Positions 24,401 through 36,400 of a stretch of DNA of 38,202 nt are shown piece by piece (the first letter of the stretch is position 1; each line of letters opens with the position of its first letter). The stretch lies in contig UYFQ01000222.1 of NCBI GenBank assembly GCA_900617105.1, forward strand, positions 1 to 38,202, written 5' to 3'. The notes beneath the pieces are model-generated. The model was not told the DNA's origin and did not search any database. It worked only from the letters and a program-made list of their open reading frames with translations. The translations under genes were made by a program, and so were the position numbers. Source of the DNA: Hydrurus foetidus (Eukaryota).

Positions 24401-27400
24401 TGCCGGTGACATTGACATTGACGATGACGGACTGGAGCTTGGGCTTGGGCTTGGACTCCCACTCCCACGTCCCACTCGGCGTCGCACTCGCACTCGCACT
24501 CGCACTGGGCGTCGATGTAGGCACGTCGGATGACGATGATGGTGCCGGTGACATTGACATTGACGATGACGGACTGGAGCTTGGGCTTGGGCTCCCACTC
24601 CCACTCCCACTCCGTCGCACTCGCACTCGCACTCGCACTCGGCTCGCACTCGCACTCGCACTGGGCGTCGATGTAGGCACGTCGGATGACGATGATGGTG
24701 CCGGTGACATTGACATTGACGATGACGGACTGAGCTTGAGCTTGGGCTTGGGCTTGGGCTCACTCCCACTCCCACTCCCACTCCCACTCGGCGTCGCACT
24801 CGCACTCGCACTCGCACTGGGCGTCGATGTAGGCACGTCGGATGACGATGATGGTGCCGGTGACATTGACATTGACGATGACGGACTAGAGCTTGGGCTC
24901 CCACTCCCACTCCCACTCGGCGTCGCACTCCCACTCGCACTCGCACTGGGCGTCGATGTAGGCACGTCGGATGACGATGATGGTGCCGGTGACATTGACA
25001 TTGACGATGACGGACTGGAGCTTGGGCTTGGGCTTGGACTCCCACTCCCACTCCCACTCGGCGTCGCACTCGCACTCGCACTGGGCGTCGATGTAGGCAC
25101 GTCGGATGACGATGATGGTGCCGGTGACATTGACATTGACGATGACGGACTGGAGCTTGGGCTTGGGCTTGGACTCCCACTCCCACTCCCACTCCCACTC
25201 GGCGTCGCACTCGCACTCGCACTCGCACTCGCACTGGGCGTCGATGTAGGCACGTCGGATGACGATGATGGTGCCGGTGACATTGACATTGACATTGACG
25301 ATGACGGACTGGAGCTTGGGCTTGGGCTCCCACTCCCACTCCCACTCGGCGTCGCACTCGCACTCGCACTGGGCGTCGATGTAGGCACGTCGGATGACGA
25401 TGATGGTGCCGGTGACATTGACATTGACGATGACGGACTGGAGCTTGGGCTTGGGCTTGGACTCCCACTCCCACTCCCACTCGGCGTCGCACTCGCACTC
25501 GCACTCCCACTCGCACTGGGCGTCGATGTAGGCACGTCGGATGACGATGACGATGATGGTGCCGGTGACATTGACATTGACGGACTGAAGCTTGGGCTTG
25601 GACTTGGACTCCCACTCCCACTCCCACTCGGCGTCGCACTCGCACTCGCACTCGCACTCGCACTGGGCGTCGATGTAGGCACGTCGGATGACGATGATGG
25701 TGCCGGTGACATTGACATTGACGATGACGGACTGGAGCTTGGGCTTGGGCTTGCACTCCCACTCCCACTCCCACTCGGCGTCGCACTCGCACTCGCACTG
25801 GGCGTCGATGTAGGCACGTCGGATGACGATGATGGTGCCGGTGACATTGACATTGACGATGACGGACTGGAGCTTGGGCTTGGGCTAGGACTCCCACTCC
25901 CACTCCCCCTCCCACTCGGCGTCGCACTCGCACTCCCACTCGCACTGGGCGTCGATGTAGGCACGTCGGATGACGATGATGGTGCCGGTGACATTGACAT
26001 TGACGATGACGGACTGGAGCTTGGGCTTGGGCTCCAACTCGGCGTCCCACTCCCATTCGGCGTCCCACTCCCACTTGGCGTCGTTGTCGCGCTCGCACTG
26101 GGCGTCGATGTAGGCACGTCGGATGACGATGATGGTGCCGGTGACATTGACATTGACGATGACGGACTGGAGCTTGGGCTTGGGCTCCCACTCGGCGTCG
26201 CACTCGCACTCGGCGTCGTTGTCGCACTCGCACTCGCACTGGGCGTCGATGTAGGCACGTCGGATGACGATGATGGTGCCGGTGACATTGACATTGACGA
26301 TGACGGACTGGAGCTTGGGCTTGGACTCCCACTCCCACTCCCACTCGGCGTCGCACTCGCACTCCCACTCGCACTCGCACTGGGCGTCGATGTAGGCACG
26401 TCGGATGACGATGACGATGATGGTGCCGGTGACATTGACATTGACGGACTAGAGCTTGGGCTTGGGCTTGGACTCCCACTCCCACTCCCACTCGGCGTCG
26501 CACTCGCACTCGGCGTCGCACTCGCACTCGCACTCGCACTCGCACTGGGCGTCGATGTAGGCACGTCGGATGACGATGATGGTGCCGGTGACATTGACAT
26601 TGACGATGACGGACTGGAGCTTGGGCTTGGGCTCCCACTCGGCGTCGCACTCGCACTCGCACTCGCACTCGCACTGGGCGTCGATGTAGGCACGTCGGAT
26701 GACGATGATGGTGCCGGTGACATTGACATTGACGATGACGGACTGGAGCTTGGGCTTGGGCTTGGACTCCCACTCCCACTCCCACTCGGCGTCGTAGTCG
26801 CACTCGCACTCGGCGTCGTTGTCGCACTCGCACTCCCACTCGCACTCGCACTGGGCGTCGATGTAGGCACGTCGGATGACGATGATGGTGCCGGTGACAT
26901 TGACATTGACGATGACGGACTGGAGCTTGGGCTTGGGCTCCCACTCCCACTCCCACTCGCACTCGCACTCGCACTCGCACTCGCACTCGCACTGGGCGTC
27001 GATGTAGGCACGTCGGATGACGATGATGGTGCCGGTGACATTGACATTGACGATGACGGACTGGAGCTTGGGCTTGGGCTCCCACTCGGCGTCGCACTCG
27101 CACTCGCACTCGCACTGGGCGTCGATGTAGGCACGTCGGATGACGATGATGGTGCCGGTGACATTGACATTGACGGACTGGAGCTTGGGCTTGGGCTTGG
27201 ACTCCCACTCCCACTCCCACTCGCACTGGGCGTCGATGTAGGCACGTCGGATGACGATGATGGTGCCGGTGACATTGACATTGACGATGACGGACTAGAG
27301 CTTGGGCTTGGGCTTGGGCTCCCACTCCCACTCCCACTCGGCGTCGCACTCGCACTCGCACTCCCACTCGCACTGGGCGTCGATGTAGGCACGTCGGATG

Positions 27401-30400
27401 ACGATGATGGTGCCGGTGACATTGACATTGACGATGACGGACTGGAGCTTGGGCTTGGGCTCCCACTCCCACTCCCACTCCCACTCGGCGTCGCACTCGA
27501 GCTCGGCGTCGTTGTCGCACTACTCGCACTTGCACTCGCACTGGGCGTCGATGTAGGCACGTCGGATGACGATGATGGTGCCGGTGACATTGACATTGAC
27601 GATGACGGACTGGAGCTTGGGCTTGGGCTTGGACTCCCACTCCCACTCCCACTCGGCGTCGTAGTCGCACTCGCACTCGGCGTCGTTGTCGCACTCGCAC
27701 TCGCACTGGGCGTCGATGTAGGCACGTCGGATGACGATGATGGTGCCGGTGACATTGACATTGACGATGACGGACTGGAGCTTGGGCTTGGGCTCCCACT
27801 CGGCGTCGCACTCGCACTCGCACTCCCACTCGCACTGGGCGTCGATGTAGGCACGTCGGATGACGATGATGGTGCCGGTGACATTGACATTGACGATGAC
27901 GGACTGGAGCTTGGGCTTGGGCTTGGACTCCCACTCCCACTCCCACTCGGCGTCGTAGTCGCACTCCCACTCGCACTCGGCGTCGTACTCCCACTCGCAC
28001 TCGCACTGGGCGTCGATGTAGGCACGTCGGATGACGATGATGGTGCCGGTGACATTGACATTGACGATGACGGACTGGAGCTTGGGCTTGGGCTTGGACT
28101 CCCACTCCCACTCCCACTCGCACTGGGCGTCGATGCAGGCACGTCGGATGACGATGATGGTGCCGGTGACATTGACATTGACGATGACGGACTAGAGCTT
28201 GGGCTTGGGCTTGGACTCCCACTCCCACTCCCACTCCCACTCGGCGTCGCACTCGCACTCGCACTCGCACTCGCACTGGGCGTCGATGTAGGCACGTCGG
28301 ATGACGATGATGGTGCCGGTGACATTGACATTGACGATGACGGACTGGAGCTTGGGCTTGGGCTCCCACTCGGCGTCGCACTCGCACTCGCACTCGCACT
28401 CGCACTGGGCGTCGATGTAGGCACGTCGGATGACGATGATGGTGCCGGTGACATTGACATTGACGATGACGGACTGGAGCTTGGGCTTGGGCTTGGACTC
28501 CCACTCCCACTCCCACTCGCACTGGGCGTCGATGCAGGCACGTCGGATGACGATGATGGTGCCGGTGACATTGACATTGACGATGACGGACTGGAGCTTG
28601 GGCTTGGGCTCCCACTCGGCGTCGTAGTCGCACTCGCACTCGCACTCGGCGTCGTTGTCGCACTCGCACTCGCACTGGGCGTCGATGTAGGCACGTCGGA
28701 TGACGATGATGGTGCCGGTGACATTGACATTGACGATGACGGACTGGAGCTTGGGCTTGGGCTCCCACTCGGCGTCGCACTCGCACTCGCACTCCCACTC
28801 GCACTGGGCGTCGATGTAGGCACGTCGGATGACGATGATGGTGCCGGTGACATTGACATTGACATTGACGGACTGGAGCTTGGGCTTGGGCTCCCACTCC
28901 CACTCCCACTCGGCGTCGCACTCGCACTCCACTCACTCGCACTCGGCGTCGCACTCCCACTCGCACTCGCACTGGGCGTCGATGTAGGCACGTCGGATGA
29001 CGATGATGGTGCCGGTGACATTGACATTGACGATGACGGACTGGAGCTTGGGCTTGGGCTTGGACTCCCACTCCCACTCCCACTCGCACTGGGCGTCGAT
29101 GTAGGCACGTCGGATGACGATGATGGTGCCGGTGACATTGACATTGACGATGACGGACTGGAGCTTGGGCTTGGGCTTGGCTCCCACTCCCACTCCCACT
29201 CGGCGTCGCACTCGCACTCGCACTCCCACTCGCACTGGGCGTCGATGTAGGCACGTCGGATGACGATGATGGTGCCGGTGACATTGACATTGACGATGAC
29301 TTGGGCTTGGGCTTGGGCTTGGGCTCCCACTCGGCGTCGCACTCGCACTCGCACTCGCACTGGGCGTCGATGTAGGCACGTCGGATGACGATGATGGTGC
29401 CGGTGACATTGACATTGACGATGACGGACTGGAGCTTGGGCTTGGGCTTGGACTCCCACTCCCACTCCCACTCGCACTGGGCGTCGATGTAGGCACGTCG
29501 GATGACGATGATGGTGCCGGTGACATTGACATTGACGATGACGGACTGGAGCTTGGGCTTGGGCTCCCACTCGGCGTCGCACTCGCACTCGCACTCGCAC
29601 TGGGCGTCGATGTAGGCACGTCGGATGACGATGATGGTGCCGGTGACATTGACATTGACGATGACGGACTGGAGCTTGGGCTTGGGCTCCCACTCCCACT
29701 CCCACTCGCACTCGCACTGGGCGTCGATGTAGGCACGTCGGATGACGATGATGGTGCCGGTGACATTGACGATGACGGACTGGAGCTTGGGCTTGGGCTC
29801 CCACTCGGCGTCGCACTCGCACTCGCACTCGCACTGGGCGTCGATGTAGGCACGTCGGATGACGATGATGGTGCCGGTGACATTGACATTGACATGACGG
29901 ACTGGAGCTTGGGCTTGGACTCCCACTCCCACTCGCACTGGGCGTCGATGTAGGCACGTCGGATGACGATGATGGTGCCGGTGACATTGACATTGACGAT
30001 GACGGACTGGAGCTTGGGCTTGGGCTCCCACTCCCACTCCCACTCGGCGTCGCACTCGCACTCGCACTCGCACTGGGCGTCGATGTAGGCACGTCGGATG
30101 ACGATGATGGTGCCGGTGACATTGACATTGACGATGACGGACTGGAGCTTGGGCTTGGGCTTGGACTCCCACTCCCACTCCCACTCGGCGTCGCACTCGC
30201 ACTCGGCGTCGTTGTCGCACTCGCACTCGCACTTGCACTCGCACTGGGCGTCGATGTAGGCACGTCGGATGACGATGATGGTGCCGGTGACATTGACATT
30301 GACGATGACGGACTGGAGCTTGGGCTTGGGCTCCCACTCGGCGTCGCACTCGCACTCGCACTCCCACTCGCACTCCCACTCGCACTGGGCGTCGATGTAG

Positions 30401-33400
30401 GCACGTCGGATGACGATGATGGTGCCGGTGACATTGACATTGACGATGACGGACTGGAGCTTGGGCTTGGGCTTGGACTCCCACTCCCACTCCCACTCGG
30501 CGTCGCACTCGTCATCGCACGGCGACTCGCACTCGCACTGGGCGTCGATGTAGGCACGTCGGATGACGATGATGGTGCCGGTGACATTGACATTGACGAT
30601 GACGGACTGGAGCTTGGGCTTGGGCTCCCACTCCCACTCCCACTCGGCGTCGCACTCGCACTCGCACTCGCACTGGGCGTCGATGTAGGCACGTCGGATG
30701 ACGATGACGATGATGGTGCCGGTGACATTGACATTGACGATGACGGACTGGAGCTTGGGCTTGGGCTTGGACTCCCACTCCCACTCCCACTCGGCGTCGC
30801 ACTCGCACTCGGCGTCGTTGTCGCACACTCGCACTTGCACTCGCACTGGGCGTCGATGTAGGCACGTCGGATGACGATGATGGTGCCGGTGACATTGACA
30901 TTGACGATGACGGACTGGAGCTTGGGCTTGGGCTTGGACTCCCACTCCCACTCCCACTCGGCGTCGCACTCGCACTCGGCGTCGCACTCGCACTCGCACT
31001 CGCACTGGGCGTCGATGTAGGCACGTCGGATGACGATGATGGTGCCGGTGACATTGACATTGACGATGACGGACTGACTTGGAGCTTGGGCTTGGGCTCC
31101 CACTCGGCGTCGCACTCGCACTCGCACTCCCACTCGCACTGGGCGTCGATGTAGGCACGTCGGATGACGATGATGGTGCCGGTGACATTGACATTGACGA
31201 TGACGGACTGGAGCTTGGGCTTGGGCTTGGACTCCCACTCCCACTCCCACTCGGCGTCGCACTCGCACTCGCACTCGCACTCGGCGTCGTTGTCGCACTC
31301 GCACTCGCACTGGGCGTCGATGTAGGCACGTCGGATGACGATGATGGTGCCGGTGACATTGACATTGACGATGACGGACTGGAGCTTGGGCTTGGGCTTG
31401 GACTCCCACTCCCACTCCCACTCGCACTGGGCGTCGATGTAGGCACGTCGGATGACGATGATGGTGCCGGTGACATTGACATTGACGATGACGGACTGGA
31501 GCTTGGGCTTGGGCTTGGACTCCCACTCCCACTCCCACTCCCACTCGGCGTCGCACTCGCACTCGCACTCCCACTCGCACTGGGCGTCGATGTAGGCACG
31601 TCGGATGACGATGATGGTGCCGGTGACATTGACATTGACGGACTGGAGCTTGGGCTTGGGCTCCCACTCGGCGTCGCACTCGCACTCGCACTCGCACTGG
31701 GCGTCGATGTAGGCACGTCGGATGACGATGATGGTGCCGGTGACATTGACATTGACGATGACGGACTGGAGCTTGGGCTTGGGCTTGGGCTCCCACTCCC
31801 ACTCCCACTCGCACTGGGCGTCGATGCAGGCACGTCGGATGACGATGATGGTGCCGGTGACATTGACATTGACGATGACGGACTGGAGCTTGGGCTTGGG
31901 CTGCCACTCCCACTCGGCGTCGCACTCGCACTCGCACTCCCACTCGCACTGGGCGTCGATGTAGGCACGTCGGATGACGATGATGGTGCCGGTGACATTG
32001 ACATTGACATTGACGGACTGGAGCTTGGGCTTGGGCTTGGACTCCCACTCCCACTCCCACTCGGCGTCGCACTCCCACTCGGCGTCGTTGTCGCACTCGG
32101 CGTCGTTGTCGCACTCGCACTCGCACTGGGCGTCGATGTAGGCACGTCGGATGACGATGATGGTGCCGGTGACATTGACATTGACGATGACGGACTGGAG
32201 CTTGGGCTTGGGCTCCCACTCGGCGTCGCACTCGCACTCGCACTCCCACTCGCACTGGGCGTCGATGTAGGCACGTCGGATGACGATGATGGTGCCGGTG
32301 ACATTGACATTGACGATGACGGACTGGAGCTTGGGCTTGGGCTTGGACTCCCACTCCCACTCCCACTCGGCGTCGCACTCGCACTCGGCGTCGTTGTCGC
32401 ACTCGCACTCGCACTGGGCGTCGATGTAGGCACGTCGGATGACGATGATGGTGCCGGTGACATTGACATTGACATTGACGGACTTGAGCTTGGGCTTGGG
32501 CTCCCACTCGGCGTCGCACTCGCACTCGCACTCCCACTCGCACTGGGCGTCGATGTAGGCACGTCGGATGACGATGATGGTGCCGGTGACATTGACATTG
32601 ACGATGACGGACTGGAGCTTGGGCTTGGGCTCCCACTCCCACTCCCACTCGGCGTCGCACTCGCACTCGCACTCGGCGTCGTTGTCGCACTCGCACTCGC
32701 ACTGGGCGTCGATGTAGGCACGTCGGATGACGATGATGGTGCCGGTGACATTGACATTGACATTGACGGACTGGAGCTTGGGCTTGGACTCCCACTCCCA
32801 CTCGCACTGGGCGTCGATGTAGGCACGTCGGATGACGATGATGGTGCCGGTGACATTGACATTGACGATGACGGACTGGAGCTTGGGCTTGGGCTCCCAC
32901 TCCCACTCCCACTCGGCGTCGCACTCGCACTCGCACTCCCACTCGCACTGGGCGTCGATGTAGGCACGTCGGATGACGATGATGGTGCCGGTGACATTGA
33001 CATTGACGATGACGGACTGGAGCTTGGGCTTGGGCTTGGACTCCCACTCGGCTCGCACTCGACTCGGCGTCGCACTCGCACTCGGCGTCGTTGTCGCACT
33101 CGCACTCCCACTCGCACTACTCGCACTGGGCGTCGATGTAGGCACGTCGGATGACGATGATGGTGCCGGTGACATTGACATTGACGATGACGGACTGGAG
33201 CTTGGGCTTGGGCTCCCACTCGGCGTCGCACTCGCACTCGCACTCCCACTCGCACTGGGCGTCGATGTAGGCACGTCGGATGACGATGATGGTGCCGGTG
33301 ACATTGACATTGACGATGACGGACTGGAGCTTGGGCTTGGGCTCCCACTCGGCGTCGCACTCGCACTCGCACTCCCACTCGCACTGGGCGTCGATGTAGG

Positions 33401-36400
33401 CACGTCGGATGACGATGATGGTGCCGGTGACATTGACATTGACATTGACGGACTGGAGCTTGGGCTTGGGCTTGGACTCCCACTCCCACTCCCACTCCCA
33501 CTCGGCGTCGTAGTCGCACTCGCACTCCCACTCGGCGTCGCACTCGCACTCGCACTGGGCGTCGATGTAGGCACGTCGGATGACGATGATGGTGCCGGTG
33601 ACATTGACATTGACGATGACGGACTGGAGCTTGGGCTTGGGCTCCCACTCGGCGTCGCACTCGCACTCGCACTCCCACTCGCACTGGGCGTCGATGTAGG
33701 CACGTCGGATGACGATGATGGTGCCGGTGACATTGACGGACTGGAGCTTGGGCTTGGGCTTGGACTCCCACTCCCACTCCCACTCGGCGTCGTAGTCGCA
33801 CTCGCACTCCCACTCGGCGTCGCACTCGCACTCGCACTGGGCGTCGATGTAGGCACGTCGGATGACGATGATGGTGCCGGTGACATTGACATTGACGATG
33901 ACGGACTGGAGCTTGGGCTTGGGCTCCCACTCGGCGTCGCACTCGCACTCGCACTCGCACTCGCACTGGGCGTCGATGTAGGCACGTCGGATGACGATGA
34001 TGGTGCCGGTGACATTGACATTGACGATGACGGACTGGAGCTTGGGCTTGGGCTTGGACTCCCACTCCCACTCCCACTCGCACTCGGAGTCGCACTCGGC
34101 GTCGTTGTCGCACTCGCACTCGCACTGGGCGTCGATGTAGGCACGTCGGATGACGATGATGGTGCCGGTGACATTGACATTGACGATGACGGACTGGAGC
34201 TTGGGCTTGGGCTCCCACTCGGCGTCGCACTCGCTCGCTCGCACTCCCACTCGCACTGGGCGTCGATGTAGGCACGTCGGATGACGATGATGGTGCCGGT
34301 GACATTGACATTGACGATGACGGACTGGAGCTTGGGCTTGGACTCCCACTCCCACTCGGCGTCGCACTCGCACTCGGCGTCGTTGTCGCACTCGCACTTG
34401 CACTCGCACTGGGCGTCGATGTAGGCACGTCGGATGACGATGATGGTGCCGGTGACATTGACATTGACGATGACGGACTGGAGCTTGGGCTTGGGCTTGG
34501 ACTCCCACTCCCACTCCCACTCGGCGTCGCACTCGCACTCGGCGTCGTTGTCGCACTCGCACTCGCACTGGGCGTCGATGTAGGCACGTCGGATGACGAT
34601 GATGGTGCCGGTGACATTGACATTGACGATGACGGACTGGAGCTTGGGCTTGGGCTCCCACTCGGCGTCGCACTCGCACTCCCACTCGCACTGGGCGTCG
34701 ATGTAGGCACGTCGGATGACGATGATGGTGCCGGTGACATTGACATTGACGATGACGGACTGGAGCTTGGGCTTGGGCTCCCACTCGGCGTCGCACTCCC
34801 ACTCGGCGTCGCACTCGCACTCGGCGTCGTTGTCGCACTCGCACTCGCACTGGGCGTCGATGTAGGCACGTCGGATGACGATGATGGTGCCGGTGACATT
34901 GACATTGACATTGACATTGACGATGACGGACTGGAGCTTGGGCTTGGGCTCCCACTCGGCGTCGCACTCGCACTCGCACTCGCACTCGCACTCGCACTGG
35001 GCGTCGATGTAGGCACGTCGGATGACGATGATGGTGCCGGTGACATTGACATTGACGATGACGGACTGGAGCTTGGGCTTGGGCTTGGACTCCCACTCCC
35101 ACTCGCACTCGCACTCGCACTCCCACTCCCACTTGGCGTCGTTGTCGCGCTCGCACTGGGCGTCGATGTAGGCACGTCGGATGACGATGATGGTGCCGGT
35201 GACATTGACATTGACGATGACGGACTGGAGCTTGGGCTTGGACTCCCACTCCCACTCCCACTCGGCGTCGCACTCGCACTCGGCGTCGTTGTCGCACTCG
35301 CACTCGCACTGGGCGTCGATGTAGGCACGTCGGATGACGATGATGGTGCCGGTGACATTGACATTGACATTGACGATGACGGACTGGAGCTTGGGCTTGG
35401 GCTCCAACTCGGCGTCCCACTCCCACTCGGCGTCGCACTCGCACTCGCACTGGGCGTCGATGTAGGCACGTCGGATGACGATGATGGTGCCGGTGACATT
35501 GACATTGACGATGACGGACTGGAGCTTGGGCTTGGGCTTGGACTCCCACTCCCACTCCCACTCGGCGTCGATGTCGCACTCGCACTGGGCGTCGTTGTCG
35601 CACTCGCACTGGGCGTCGTTGTCGCACTCGCACTCGCACTGGGCGTCGATGTAGGCACGTCGGATGACGATGATGGTGCCGGTGACATTGACATTGACAT
35701 TGACGGACTGGAGCTTGGGCTTGGGCTTGGGCTCCCACTCCCACTCGGCGTCACTCGCACTCGCACTCACCTCTCGCACTGGGCGTCGATGTAGGCACGT
35801 CGGATGACGATGATGGTGCCGGTGACATTGACATTGACGATGACGATGACGGACTGGAGCTTGGGCTTGGGCTTGGACTCCCACTCCCACTCGGCGTCGC
35901 CCTCGCACTCGGCGTCGTTGTCGCACTCGACTCGCACTCACTCGGCGTCGTTGTCGCACTCCCACTCGCACTGGGCGTCGATGTAGGCACGTCGGATGAC
36001 GATAACGATGATGGTGCCGGTGACATTGACATTGACATTGACGATGACGGACTGGAGCTTGGGCTTGGGCTTGGGCTCCCACTCGGCGTCGCACTCGCAC
36101 TCGCACTCGGCGTCGCACTCCCACTCGCACTGGGCGTCGATGTAGGCACGTCGGATGACGATGATGGTGCCGGTGACATTGACATTGACGATGACGGACT
36201 GGAGCTTGGGCTTGGGCTTGGACTCCCACTCCCACTCCCACTCGGCGTCGCACTCGCACTCGGCGTCGTTGTCGCACTCGCACTCCCACTCGCACTCGGC
36301 GTCGTTGTCGCACTCCCACTCGCACTGGGCGTCGATGTAGGCACGTCGGATGACGATGACGATGATGGTGCCGGTGACATTGACATTGACGATGACGGAC

